The notes under the pieces: generated by a model
Database searches by the model: none
Told to the model about the DNA's origin: nothing
What the model saw: the letters and a program-made list of their open reading frames with translations, nothing else
Part shown: in pieces, positions 28,082-38,973 of the stretch
Numbering within the stretch: the stretch's first letter is position 1
Layout of the letters: the number at the start of each line of letters is the position of its first letter
DNA from: Candidatus Eremiobacteria bacterium
Lineage (GTDB): Bacteria > Vulcanimicrobiota > Vulcanimicrobiia > Vulcanimicrobiales > Vulcanimicrobiaceae
Direction of reading: 5' to 3'
DNA length: 64,000 nucleotides
Assembly (NCBI GenBank): GCA_963737065.1
Contig: CAVTRC010000001.1
Location: 2,144,001 to 2,208,000 of the forward strand
Translations under genes and position numbers: made by a program

Positions 28082-29335
28082 TCATCGGGCGTTGACGTCG
28101 TTTCGTAAGACATCGTCGATAGACTCCCGCTCCGCCCACAACGTTGCTTCGCGGTTTTCGATCGCAACCACCGGCGGCCGCGGGAATCGATTGTAGTTGC
28201 TTGCCATCGAATACGTGTATGCGCCGGTCGTGCAAAAGCAGACAAGGTCGCCGGCGCGAAGATCGGTCGGAAGCGGCGCATCCGCAAGTTCGTCGTTTTC
28301 GCACGATCGACCGCACACGGTGACCGGATGATACGGCGCGCCGCTCTCGCGCGCGGCGACGACATGGTAATTGGCGCCATACAACGCAGGGCGCGGATTG
28401 TCCGCCATGCTGCCGTCGACGATCGCGAATGTGCGTTTCCCATAGCGTTTGATCGCCATGACGCGGTAGAGCGACGTTCCGGCCGCGGCAACAACCGCGC
28501 GGCCGGGCTCAATTTCCGCTGTGATATCGCGCGGGACAACCGCTGCAACAGCGGAAAGCAGCGCCGGAATATCGATCGCCTCGTCCCGCAATTCGGGATG
28601 CATTTGTACGCCGAATCCGCCGCCGATCACCATCGTATCGATCGGGGCGGATCCTCGGTTACGACACCGCTTCAGCGTCTCGAGGAGTACGCCGGCATTC
28701 GCGACGTACGGTGCCGCATCGAAAATCTGCGAACCGATGTGCGCGTGTACGCCACGCAGACGCAGCTGTGCATTCGCATGAAGAATCGCGAGCGCTGCGT
28801 CTACATCACGCGGCGCAAGGCCGAACTTCGAATCGTCGCCGGCCGTTCGTACGAAAAGATGCGTGTGTGCTTCGATGCCGGTGTTAATGCGCAATAGCAC
28901 ATCGAGCAAACGCCCCTCCGAGAGTGCTGCGACGCGATGCAACTCGTCAACGGAATCCACCACGAGCCGCCCCACCCGCCCGGCGAACGCGGCGTTGATT
29001 TCGTCAACCGTTTTTCCGGCGCCGTGCAGCGTGATACGCGACGCTTCGATTCCCCCGCGCTCCGCCGTAACGAGTTCACCGAGCGATGCAACGTCGACTC
29101 CCACATCGTGGGATTGCAGACGCACTGCAAGCGCCGTCAATAGCAGCGCTTTGGCCGCGTAGGAGACGCGGATTCCATGCATTGATGCCGCGTCCAGTAG
29201 TGCCGAGAGCGACGCGTCGAAAACGGCGAGATCGAGCAGCAAAACCGGTGTGCCGTAGCGTTGCGCAAGAATATCGACGCGTACGCCGCCGACGGTCAGC
29301 ATACCGTCGGTGTCGCGCGCGTGCCCGGGAATCAC
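28082..29335 (-). CDS. lysA: diaminopimelate decarboxylase
   Basis: YGTP, YAAKA, SKFG, HAHIGSQI, EPGR, CENDEL, GAY.YSMASNYN. Confidence 0.93.
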   Translation of the reverse strand: MIPGHARDTDGMLTVGGVRVDILAQRYGTPVLLLDLAVFDASLSALLDAASMHGIRVSYAAKALLLTALAVRLQSHDVGVDVASLGELVTAERGGIEASRITLHGAGKTVDEINAAFAGRVGRLVVDSVDELHRVAALSEGRLLDVLLRINTGIEAHTHLFVRTAGDDSKFGLAPRDVDAALAILHANAQLRLRGVHAHIGSQIFDAAPYVANAGVLLETLKRCRNRGSAPIDTMVIGGGFGVQMHPELRDEAIDIPALLSAVAAVVPRDITAEIEPGRAVVAAAGTSLYRVMAIKRYGKRTFAIVDGSMADNPRPALYGANYHVVAARESGAPYHPVTVCGRSCENDELADAPLPTDLRAGDLVCFCTTGAYTYSMASNYNRFPRPPVVAIENREATLWAERESIDDVLRNDVNAR

Positions 29336-30393
29336 GGGAACTGCGCCATGAACCGATCGATCTGCTCCTGATCGACGCCCGCAGCAATGAGCCGCACGGC
29401 GACGTTTTCGGGATGCGTGGGCGGCGTGACGAACATGAATGGCGCATCATCGGCCGGCGCAGAAACCGTGCACCAGTCTGCCGCCGCAGGAACCAGCGCG
29501 GTCTGATAGCGGTCCAGCTTCACGGTATTGCCGCCGACCGACACTTCGAGCGGGTGTTCCAGCGTCATCACGATGACGGGCCGTCCGTCCGTCGGAATGG
29601 ATGCGGGACCGTTGCGGGCGACGATGCGCTCGACGGTAAAGCGCCGGTCGGCGATCAGCACCGTTCGTTCCATATCGTCGAGGCGATAGGTAATCGGTTC
29701 GATCGCACCGGTCGTGCCGCGGTGGTAATCGAGCACGTCCGCCGCTTTGTCGACGTGCAACGGCCGCGGTTTTCCGTCCGGACCTGTACGGTTCCAATCG
29801 AAGATGCGATAGGTCAGATCGCTCGCTTGTTGCGTCTCGAAGATGACGATGCCGCCGCCGATCGCATGTAGACTTCCGGCCGGAAGATAGAACGTTTCGC
29901 CCGCTTTCACCGGAACGTGCCGTAAGATGTCGCCGAGCGAACCGTCTTGCACGCGGCGAAGATATTCTTCGCGTGAGGTATCTTCGGTCCACCCGAGGAC
30001 GAGTTGCGCGTCGGATTCCGCGCGCAGCACGTACCAGCACTCGGTCTTTCCATTCTGTTGGTGCTCGACGCGTTCTGCATATGCATCATCGGGATGGACT
30101 TGCACGGAAAGCCAATCGCGCGCGTCGATGATCTTTGTGAGGATCGGAAACAGCCGATGCGTATCGAGGTTTCCCATCAGCTGCGAGCCGAGAATCTGAC
30201 GCAGGTCCGCAATTGTCTTTCCGGCGTACTCGCCGTTTGCGATGCGGTTCTCATCCCAGCACTCCCACGATTCACCGAGCTTTTCGCTCGGGTCGCCTGT
30301 TTTTCCGAACTGTTTGACGAGTGCATCGCCGCCCCAAATTGCGGGTGTCTCTTTCGGCTCGATAACGAGCGGATAGATCGATTGACCGTTCAC
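29332..30393 (-). CDS. manA: mannose-6-phosphate isomerase, class I
   Basis: IWGG, GESWE, LSVQVHP, GKTECWY, HAIG, ETQQASDLTYR. Confidence 0.92.
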   Translation of the reverse strand: MNGQSIYPLVIEPKETPAIWGGDALVKQFGKTGDPSEKLGESWECWDENRIANGEYAGKTIADLRQILGSQLMGNLDTHRLFPILTKIIDARDWLSVQVHPDDAYAERVEHQQNGKTECWYVLRAESDAQLVLGWTEDTSREEYLRRVQDGSLGDILRHVPVKAGETFYLPAGSLHAIGGGIVIFETQQASDLTYRIFDWNRTGPDGKPRPLHVDKAADVLDYHRGTTGAIEPITYRLDDMERTVLIADRRFTVERIVARNGPASIPTDGRPVIVMTLEHPLEVSVGGNTVKLDRYQTALVPAAADWCTVSAPADDAPFMFVTPPTHPENVAVRLIAAGVDQEQIDRFMAQFP

Positions 30394-30567
30394 AGTACGG
30401 TACTGTTGCAGTCGCGCTCGAGGCAGTCCTCGCGCCCAAATCGGCCGCGAGGCACCGCGTGCTCCATTGTAAAGTTAGAGTAATCCCAAGAGCGTGCCGT
30501 AAGGCGACGTACTGCGCGAAACGATTGAAAGCGTACGGGCCTCTTCAGCGCTCGGGTAGGATGAATT

Positions 30568-31695
30568 TTGAGTCGACGACGGCCGGAATCGGCAGCTGGC
30601 ATTATCACCCTGGTAACCGGCGTGATGTGCTTCCTGTGTGTCTGTGCCGGGACCTGGCAGTTTGAGCTCTTGCGTTCCGCGCTGACGCACCAAGCGGCGT
30701 TGGCTGACGCGGCGTACGCCGAGCGGGATCGCCTGCTGCAACTCGTTAACGAAGAAACCGGCGTTCGGGGATACGTCGCAACGCGCGAGCCGGTTTTTCT
30801 TGACATCTACGAGCGGTCATTGCCCATTGCGTCGCGTGACAGCACACTAATGGAACGCAGCGCCGCAACGCTACCGTTTCTGCGTCCTTTGATTTCCCGC
30901 TCGGTTCGTCATCAGCAGCGCGTTCAAGGTTATCTGCGCAGTGAGGTTGCTCTCGTAACGATCGACAAAGTCGCCGCGGCACGCGCGAACTTGCGACAAG
31001 GGAAAACCTTATTCGACCGCCTGCGCGCAACCGATACCGTCGTGCAGCGTACGGCCTATGCCGCGGTCCTCGCCCAGCGGCAACAGACGCGCCTCGCAGC
31101 AGACGTCGGCTTTTGGGGTGGCATAGCGCTTCTCTTTGCGCTGATCCTCTTGCTTGTCGGGTTTGGCTTCGTTCTGCGTCGTTCGCGAACGTATCGAATG
31201 TCATCGCTACGTGACGGCCTTACCGGCGCGCTCAATCGGTCGGGAGCGTTTGCGCGAATCGACGAAGAGATTGCGCGCATGCAGCCCTTCGCCCTCGTCT
31301 TCATCGATCTCGATGATTTCAAGCCGGTCAATGACAGCTACGGACACGCTGCCGGCGATGCCGTCTTGCAGAACGTCGTGAGCCGCTTGGAGCATTCGAT
31401 TCGGGAGGAAGACGCAATCTGCCGCCTCGGAGGCGACGAGTTTTTGTGTATTCTTACTGGACCGATTCACGCCGCCGAAGTTGGACAGATCGTACAACGG
31501 TTAGAGCAGGTCATCCATTCGCCGCACGAGGTTGCCGGCAACGCGATCCGTGTTCGCTGCAGCGGCGGAGTCAGTTTGTATCCTCACGATGGCGCCACGG
31601 CTGAACAGCTCATGTCTCGCGCGGACCAGGCAATGTATCAAGCGAAAGTCGCGGGTGGTGGTATTAGCGAATTCACGGAAGCATGCGCGCGATGA
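30568..31695 (+). CDS. diguanylate cyclase with CHASE3 sensor
   Basis: TM, then EETGVRGYV (CHASE3), TM, D.LTG..NR, RLGGDEF. Confidence 0.9.
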   Translation: MSRRRPESAAGIITLVTGVMCFLCVCAGTWQFELLRSALTHQAALADAAYAERDRLLQLVNEETGVRGYVATREPVFLDIYERSLPIASRDSTLMERSAATLPFLRPLISRSVRHQQRVQGYLRSEVALVTIDKVAAARANLRQGKTLFDRLRATDTVVQRTAYAAVLAQRQQTRLAADVGFWGGIALLFALILLLVGFGFVLRRSRTYRMSSLRDGLTGALNRSGAFARIDEEIARMQPFALVFIDLDDFKPVNDSYGHAAGDAVLQNVVSRLEHSIREEDAICRLGGDEFLCILTGPIHAAEVGQIVQRLEQVIHSPHEVAGNAIRVRCSGGVSLYPHDGATAEQLMSRADQAMYQAKVAGGGISEFTEACAR

Positions 31696-31828
31696 GGCGT
31701 GCGCGCGGCGAACGTTGCGCCTCAACGCTCGCCCGGTGCTCGACTGCTTTAGATGCCGCAGATGCAATGCGGTGCGACGGGGCGAACCATCATCCTAAGC
31801 TATCGGCTTGCTTCAAGACACCCCAGGA

Positions 31829-33259
31829 ATGCATCGAGCGTACATCGGAATCGGATCGAACCTCGGCGACCGCCAAGCGAACATCTTGGCGGCATTGCAG
31901 CGTATTCGCACCCGCGCGCAGATCGATCGCGTGTCGTCGTTTTATGAATCGTGCGCCGCGCACGGCGCAGCGGGCCCCGCATTTCTGAATCTCGCCGCGG
32001 AGATCCGGACGGACCTCGACCGCTCGGCCTTTGAGCGTCTCTTACGCGATGTCCAAGTCGCACTCGGACGAATAACGACGACGCGGCTGGAAGCGCGCCC
32101 GATCGACATCGATCTCCTGGCGTTCGATGATACGGTCCATCCGAATCTTGCCATGCGACACTACAACGCCGTGCCGCTCGCCGAGATCGCGCCTGCATAC
32201 AAGCATCTCGCGCAACAGAACGGTCACGGCAGCCTGCGCAAGCGCGAACGCAGCCTGCACTTTGATGCAAACCGTCAAGAAGAAGCGCCCGAAGTACGGT
32301 TGTCGCTCAATCGTGTCGGCGTCTCGCGGGTTCGCCGCATCGTGCATCTCGATATCGACGGTCACCCGCGCGTGTTCAACGGCGAATTTACGATGGTCGC
32401 GGATCTCGCCCCCGACAAAGCGGGCGTGCACATGTCGCGCTTCTCCGAAATTCTCGAAGAAGCAACGCTGGACGTGCTCTCCGCAACGTCGGAGCCGGCG
32501 CGTATCGAGCGCCTCGTCGAATCCGTCGCGCGACAGATCGTCCGCAGCCAGCGCGCAATCCGCGCCGACGTTCGCTTGCGCGCGGATTTCGGTCTCGAAC
32601 GCTGGACGCCGGTGAGCGGTAAACGCGGCGAAGAAACGTACACGCTGACCGGTATCGCGCACGCGGATGAATCAGGAACGCGCCGCGTCGTCGGCGTCGA
32701 AGCCGAGGGCATGACGGCGTGTCCATGCGCGCAACTGATGGTGCGTGAGCACTCGATGCACCAGCTGATCGACGCGGGATTCACGGAAGAGCAAGCGGCG
32801 CGCGCGCTCGACGCGCTGCCCGTCGCAACGCACAATCAACGCGGGCGCGGTGCGATGCTTTTGGGTGTCGACGACGCCAACGCCGGCGCGATCCGCGCCG
32901 AAGATCTGGTGGAGATCGTCGAGAGCTCGATGTCGAGCGAAACGTACGATCTTTTGAAGCGTCCCGACGAGTTTTTCATCGTCAACAAAGCACACCACAA
33001 TCCGAAGTTCGTCGAGGACGTCGTCCGCGGCATTCTCGCACGTGCGCTCGATATGTACGCGGACTTGAGCGACGAGACGTTCGTCTTCGCGAGCCAAGTG
33101 AACTACGAATCAATCCACAAACACGACGCCTTCGCGGAAGCGTTCGGTCTCTTCGGCGAATTCCGTGAAGAGCTAAAGACGGGGACTTACGTCACCACGA
33201 AAACCGACGTCGCAGCGTGGCTCGGCACGCGCCATTCGACGGTCCTATTGTCATCCTGA
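31829..33259 (+). CDS. FolK (HPPK)-GTP cyclohydrolase MptA/FolE2 fusion
   Basis: N-terminal AYIGIGSNLGDR...RPIDIDLL...PLAEIAP. C-terminal GVHMSRF, MTACPCA, THNQR, PKFVEDVVR, ESIHKHDA. Single ORF. Confidence 0.88.
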   Translation: MHRAYIGIGSNLGDRQANILAALQRIRTRAQIDRVSSFYESCAAHGAAGPAFLNLAAEIRTDLDRSAFERLLRDVQVALGRITTTRLEARPIDIDLLAFDDTVHPNLAMRHYNAVPLAEIAPAYKHLAQQNGHGSLRKRERSLHFDANRQEEAPEVRLSLNRVGVSRVRRIVHLDIDGHPRVFNGEFTMVADLAPDKAGVHMSRFSEILEEATLDVLSATSEPARIERLVESVARQIVRSQRAIRADVRLRADFGLERWTPVSGKRGEETYTLTGIAHADESGTRRVVGVEAEGMTACPCAQLMVREHSMHQLIDAGFTEEQAARALDALPVATHNQRGRGAMLLGVDDANAGAIRAEDLVEIVESSMSSETYDLLKRPDEFFIVNKAHHNPKFVEDVVRGILARALDMYADLSDETFVFASQVNYESIHKHDAFAEAFGLFGEFREELKTGTYVTTKTDVAAWLGTRHSTVLLSS

Positions 33260-33415
33260 GCTGCACCGCCGCTTGTACACCGGCGTTATGGCGGCCTGAC
33301 GACGACCCGGTCGGCTACGTCAATCGAACCCCGCAGGCATGCGCCACCGGGACTTTGAGAACCGCCGGGAAAGTATGCTATAAGGGAACGTTGCAACTGC
33401 CTTAGAGGTGCTTTA

Positions 33416-34573
33416 ATGAAGCTATCGTCGCGCATTTCAAACGCGGGTATTGCCGCTTGTGTGATAATTTTGAGTTTGCTCGCCGGATGTTCCGGTTCTT
33501 CATCGTTGCCGCGGGCCGCAACACAATGGCAGCTATCACCGCAGAGCGCGACACAGCTGCCCGGTGCCGGCCAAGTCGACGCGTATTCCACATGGGGCAG
33601 CTCCGTGACGCAAACCGCGCTGCCCGGTGCGGGTTGTTACGAAGCGTCGTATCCGTCGCATACGTGGACTCGCATCGCGTGCGCGCGTCCGCCGCACTTG
33701 CTCTATCCGCTTCCCGCGTCGTCTTCCGCGCGCGCTGCTGCGCTCGCGAGACAAAGCGTCGGCAATGGTAACGATTTCACTGCAGACGTCAAACCGCACA
33801 GCATGTCGGAGGCCGTCGGGACGTTTCCGCTCGTGAGCGGCGTAACAAGCGTGAAGAGCGTGCGAAACCCGATATTCCCCTGCTGCGGTGAAGACGGCAC
33901 GAACAGCTACACACTACAACTCAATTCGTATTTCTTTTCGACCGCCGCATGCGGAACGATCAAGAATTGCTTGGGCTGGGAGCAGTTCGTGTACGAGAAT
34001 CCGCCCGGTACGAGCGCCGGTTATCTTTTCATTCAAGATTGGCTCATTCCGACGACGTCCAGTGGCCTGAGTGGATGTCCTGCGAATAAGGGCTGGGAGT
34101 TCGCCGACGGCGGCTGCGTGCAAAATAGTCCGTATGCCGTCGAGATCAATAACATCTCGATCAAGAAATTGGCAACCCTCGAGGAAGAGGGCGTCGCGTC
34201 GTCCACCGGCGACAGCATTTATCTTCGCGAGGGCAGCACGCTTTTCGGTCTCAAGAACATCCAGAGTGACGGCATTACCGACCTCCGCGGACATTGGGGC
34301 GGCGCCGAATTCAACATCATCGGCAATGCCGGTGGAGATATCGCCGACTTCAATAGCGGATCGACGATTGAAGTGCGTCTCGAAGCCGTGGACGGCGCCC
34401 TCACGGCACCGACGTGTCCTGCGAACACCGGAACGACCGGCGAATCAAATAATCTGAATTTCGTGCACGCTCCGTCAAGTCCGACGAAGCTGCGCTACCC
34501 GTCGATCCTCTTCACCATGAGCAATCTATCGGGCAAAGGAACCGCATCGTGCGACGCGGTCGCCGCCACGTAG
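33416..34573 (+). CDS. Cys-rich hypothetical lipoprotein
   Basis: LLAGC lipobox; GAGG RBS. Confidence 0.75.
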   Translation: MKLSSRISNAGIAACVIILSLLAGCSGSSSLPRAATQWQLSPQSATQLPGAGQVDAYSTWGSSVTQTALPGAGCYEASYPSHTWTRIACARPPHLLYPLPASSSARAAALARQSVGNGNDFTADVKPHSMSEAVGTFPLVSGVTSVKSVRNPIFPCCGEDGTNSYTLQLNSYFFSTAACGTIKNCLGWEQFVYENPPGTSAGYLFIQDWLIPTTSSGLSGCPANKGWEFADGGCVQNSPYAVEINNISIKKLATLEEEGVASSTGDSIYLREGSTLFGLKNIQSDGITDLRGHWGGAEFNIIGNAGGDIADFNSGSTIEVRLEAVDGALTAPTCPANTGTTGESNNLNFVHAPSSPTKLRYPSILFTMSNLSGKGTASCDAVAAT

Positions 34574-34859
34574 TGACCGTCAGTCACAGCCTATCGGTTG
34601 GCTTTACAAAGAACCATGTGGCACAGTTATATGTCGTTTGGAATCCGCAGCGTAGTTCAGCGATCGAAGCAATGCTGAAAGGATCATCGTCGGAGATTCC
34701 TTTACGCGGCGCGATGGCGTGTACAGGCAACGTAGCGTCAGCCCTGCCGGCGTATTTGAACTCGAGAATGTGCTTGGAGCGCGCGACGTCGTTCGTGCTT
34801 CATCTTTCAGTAGAGACTTGAAGTAAGGGCCGCTTCCGCGTCCGCCGAATTCGATCGGC

Positions 34860-35000
34860 ATGGACGATTTCGCATACAGCGTCGTTCTCGCGCCTGACGT
34901 CGACGGAGGCTTTGTCGTATCGGTTCCCGCCTTGCCGGAAGCGCACTCGCAAGGCGAGACGGTCGAACAGTGCCTGGAACGTGCTCGCGAGGTTATCGAG
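34860..35000 (+). pseudogene. hicB: truncated HicB antitoxin
   Basis: YSVVLAPDVDGGFVVSVPALPEAHSQGETVEQCLERAREVIE, after which similarity breaks off. Confidence 0.7.
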
Positions 35001-35048
35001 CCGGACCATTTGGTATGCCTGCGATTTTTAACTACTCTCGTCGCGACA

Positions 35049-35752
35049 TCATCTGCGTTCCGCCGGATCGGACGAAGTGCGTAGTTGATCGATGTGAGTC
35101 TGCAACTCGCGGGTCAGTGTGTCGAGCTGCTCTCGCATCATCGTCGCGCTAGGTTGTTGAGGAATCTTTTGCAGCGCGTGCACGCGGATGAAGCTTAAGT
35201 TGTCTAGCCGCTTTGAAAGAAGGTCGTGAACGACGGCGCCCTGGATAAGCACGAGCTGAGGCTTTAAAACGATCAATTGATCCCAAAGCAAATTCATGTC
35301 GCGAGCGATGTCAATGCTCGCGCTGCTGATCTTTGTACGCGCCGGGAGCGGGCACTTCACAAGTGGCAGCCACGCGGTTTCATACGATTGCAACCCAAGT
35401 TGCTTAAAAAGCGGCGCCTTCCACCGGCGATAGAACGGATTTGTTCGCGAAACGATTGCCATAGGCGGTAGGCATCGCAGTAGTCAGCGTAGCCGCCAGT
35501 ACGCCCCCATCGCCGGAAAGCGTCTCGCGCCTCGGAATACTCCAATGATGGAAGTTCAGACTCGTTGGGATAATATGATATTGCTGTCAGCAGCGGCGGA
35601 CGGTCAACGGGAATAAATCCTGGCTCGAGCGCACGGTGTGCATTGCGGCCGAGGGATTCGTAATGGACGTTCGGATCGAGGCGTATTATCTCGCTTCCTA
35701 TGCGAGCGAATTCCTCAACAACGCTTCGATAAGCATCGCTCGTGGACGTCAT
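35049..35752 (-). pseudogene. frameshifted uracil-DNA glycosylase-superfamily-like gene
   Basis: Two overlapping ORFs (shift near 35430-35460); LVKC and LIVLKPQLVLIQG resemble UDG-family motifs. Confidence 0.45.
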
Positions 35753-35967
35753 CGTAACGAAGTTCGCGCTTCTATTGAAGCTTCTTGCTGTGATACGTAA
35801 CTTCGGTCATTAAGCGGTCGCAACGAAGCGCTCCACAGCGCTCCTGCGCGCGCCGGCCGCGCAAATACGCCGCTGCGAGGATGCGCTAATGCTGCTACGA
35901 ATCCCATGGTGTTCACCGTGCGGCTTGCTCTGCCGCGCGGTGGTGCTCCATGCGGAGGACATCGGAA

Positions 35968-37310
35968 ATGGCTCGATGGCCGAAGCTCAAGAATCGTTCA
36001 AACTCGGTGAGGGCATCGAGCGCCAACGGAAACGGCGGCGATCTTGGTTTTGAAGCAACGCTCTGGTCGGCGGCCGATACGTTGCGCGGCGCAATGGACG
36101 CCTCGGAATACAAGCACCCGGTGCTCGGGCTAATTTTCCTCAAATATATTTCCGACGCGCTCGAGGAGCTACATGCGCGGCTCGCTGCGGATCCCGAGTC
36201 CGATCCTGAGGATCGCGACGAATACACCGCTCGAAATGTCTACTGGGTACCGGTCGAGGCGCGTTGGTCAGGCATAGCAGCGAAGGCGAAGTCGCCGCAG
36301 ATCGGCGAGATTGTCAACAATGCGATGACTGCAATCGAGCATGATAACGCGCGTCTCCGCGGCGTCCTTTCGAAAGAGTATGCGAAGCCGTCTCTCGGCT
36401 CAACGCGCCTTGGGCAGATCATCGACCTTATCAACGGCATCGGCTTGGGTGACGCAGAGGCGCGTAAGCATGACGTCATCGGGCGGGTCTATGAGTATTT
36501 TCTCGGGCGCTTTGCGAATGCCGAAGGAAAAGCGGGCGGCGAATTCTACACGCCGCGATCGGTTGTGCGGCTTATGATCGAAATGATTGAGCCGTTCAAA
36601 GGGCGCGTCTTCGACCCATGTTGCGGTTCTGGCGGCATGTTCGTGCAGTCCGAACAGTTCGTTCTCGCGCACGGTGGAAAGATCGGCGACGTCTCGATTT
36701 ACGGCGAAGAATCGAACCACACGACGTGGCGCCTGGCCATGATGAATCTCGCGATCCGCGGCATCGACGCAGAGATCTCGTGGAAGGAGGCCGGTTCGTT
36801 TCTTCAGGACGCGTATCCCGATGTAAAGGCCGATTTTATCCTTGCAAATGCGCCGTTTAACGACAGCGAATGGGGCGCCCAAGGCCTTCGCGACGACAAG
36901 CGTTGACGTTACGGCATTCCGCCTGCGGGAAACTCGAACTACGCCTGGATTCAGCATTTCGTGTATCATCTCGCGCCGAGCGGTGTTGCAGCGTTCGTTA
37001 TGGCGAACGGCTCCATGTCATCGAACCAAAGCGGCGAGGGGCGAAATTCGCAAGAACCTGATCGAAGCGGAGCACAGCGGGCTCGTCGACTGCATGATCG
37101 CACTGCCCGGGCAGCTTTTTTACACAACGCAAATTCCAGTGTGTGTATGGATTCTTGCGCGCGATCGCCGAAAACCACAAATTCCGCGATCGCAGCGGCG
37201 AGATTCTTTTCATTGATGCCCGCAAGATGGGTCAGATGACGGACCGCACGCATAGAACCTTGCGTGACGAAGACGTTGCAAAGATCGCCGGCGCGTATCA
37301 CGCGTGGCGC
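35968..37310 (+). pseudogene. hsdM: type I R-M methyltransferase HsdM pseudogene
   Basis: [31 protein letters not shown] is changed to NAPF. TGA at 36904 where Trp is expected, shifts near 37040 and 37172, truncated after AYHAWR. No hsdS or hsdR. Confidence 0.88.
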
Positions 37311-37436
37311 ATGTTGTTTTGCTTCGGATGAACGACACCGATAGACCGATGAACCTGAGCGTCACGCCGTCCTCGGGACCATGCTATGCCGGCGCGCGGA
37401 TAGACTGTTGGAACGTGATCCACGCGCGCAACGCGC

Positions 37437-37457
37437 ATAAAACGGAATTCGTTTTAT
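37437..37457. promoter_or_regulatory. palindromic operator-like site
   Basis: ATAAAACG-GAATT-CGTTTTAT, AT-rich and intergenic. Confidence 0.4.
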
Positions 37458-37553
37458 TGCAATTCGCGAAAACGAGCGGGCGCCTCGTAAACGCTAGTAT
37501 TCGCGCTGCTAAGATGTAAGCTGAACGTGTAGCAATACGAAAGGCGGCGAATT

Positions 37554-38552
37554 ATGCGAATCGCTTTTCATGCCTTTTTCCGCCTCGCAGCGGCCGTTGT
37601 CACCGCGTTGATGCTTGCGTCGTGCGCCGCTCAAAGCACATCGCCCGTTGTTCCGAACGGCCAAACACCGACGGCGTCCGCGCCGTCCGATGCCGCGATT
37701 CCTGCGGCAGCGCAGCCGGCACCGTACGACGAACGCGCTGCCCCGTCCATCGACCATATTCCGCTCAGAACAGATGCCGTTCTTCCGTTCCGCGCCGATT
37801 TTACGGCACGCCGTCTACGAGGCGCGCCGATGTCGATCGCGGGGCCAAACGATCACGAGGACGCGGGTGTCGGCTTCAACGTGTCCGGACGTTATACGTC
37901 GCTCTTTGCGATCCATCAAGTGCATCCCGGATTGCAAATCGTCAATCCGCGCGGGCAAGATGGAACGTCGTTCCTCTATGCGCCGACGACGAAGGACGGC
38001 TGTTTCGAGAACACGACTGCATACGCTACGAATTCGGCTGGAACTACGGCCGATCTCGGCGTCTTCGACTGGTGTAACAACGGTGGATTCATCGCGGGCG
38101 TGAGCATCGATACGTCGTTCGTGCGCCTGTACGTGCGCCGCATCGCCGGACTCGCGGTGTACGCAACGGAAATTTATACGCCGGATCTCCATCCGCACAC
38201 CGGCAGCAGGTGGTACTCGCTCATCTATAACTTCGTCACGCATCGCTGGAACGCAATCGCCGAGATCGCACAACAGCCGGCATCTCCGTCATATGGTGGC
38301 TGGAGCATTTTCGAGTTTTATTTCTTGCCCGGTCCGTGCCCCGTGCTGGCTTCCATTTCTGCCGGTGCGCTATCGCTCTTCGACACGCGAACCCGTCAGT
38401 GGCGTCTCATTACACCATGGCTTCCCGACGTACAAGGCGCCGTCTTTACCGGACCGCCGGGCAGCTGTTTCGTCTACAATGCGCCGGTCGGAGCGATGTA
38501 CAAGCTAGAACGCGTCTTCCCGTACTTCTACTGGATGGTTTCGACGATTTAA
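37554..38552 (+). CDS. hypothetical lipoprotein
   Basis: MLASC lipobox, Pro/Ala linker, aromatic-rich beta domain. Confidence 0.75.
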   Translation: MRIAFHAFFRLAAAVVTALMLASCAAQSTSPVVPNGQTPTASAPSDAAIPAAAQPAPYDERAAPSIDHIPLRTDAVLPFRADFTARRLRGAPMSIAGPNDHEDAGVGFNVSGRYTSLFAIHQVHPGLQIVNPRGQDGTSFLYAPTTKDGCFENTTAYATNSAGTTADLGVFDWCNNGGFIAGVSIDTSFVRLYVRRIAGLAVYATEIYTPDLHPHTGSRWYSLIYNFVTHRWNAIAEIAQQPASPSYGGWSIFEFYFLPGPCPVLASISAGALSLFDTRTRQWRLITPWLPDVQGAVFTGPPGSCFVYNAPVGAMYKLERVFPYFYWMVSTI

Positions 38553-38959
38553 TCTTTCAGCTTTTTCGGTTTAGCGCGCGCATTCAATGCGACTGCCTCA
38601 CGAACAAGCGCCTTCAGCGCTTTTTCGTCGATCGTTTCGCCTTCATGAAAATCGATGGCGCGTCGCACGTTGCCTTCGAGACTTGAATTGAAGAGGTTCG
38701 AGCGATCTTCAAGGGCGGCTCCCTTGGCAAACGTCATCTTCACCAGATTCTTGTACGTTTCACCGGTGCAGACCATGCCGTCGTGATACCACACCGGAAC
38801 TCCGCGCCATTTCCATTCTTCGACGACGTCGGGATCAGCTTGCTTGATCAACGTGCGGATCTGCGCGAGCATTCTGCCGCGCCAATCGCCGAGTTCTTTG
38901 ATTCGTTCGTCGATCATGCGCGATGGAGATTTGCCGTCTTGCGAACCGGTCTTCGTCAT
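38549..38959 (-). CDS. DUF1801 (YdhG-like) protein
   Basis: IKELGDWRG...ADPDVVEEWKWRGVPVW...FNSSLEGNVRRAID. Confidence 0.88.
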   Translation of the reverse strand: MTKTGSQDGKSPSRMIDERIKELGDWRGRMLAQIRTLIKQADPDVVEEWKWRGVPVWYHDGMVCTGETYKNLVKMTFAKGAALEDRSNLFNSSLEGNVRRAIDFHEGETIDEKALKALVREAVALNARAKPKKLKD

Positions 38960-38973
38960 ACTGTTACTCCGTG

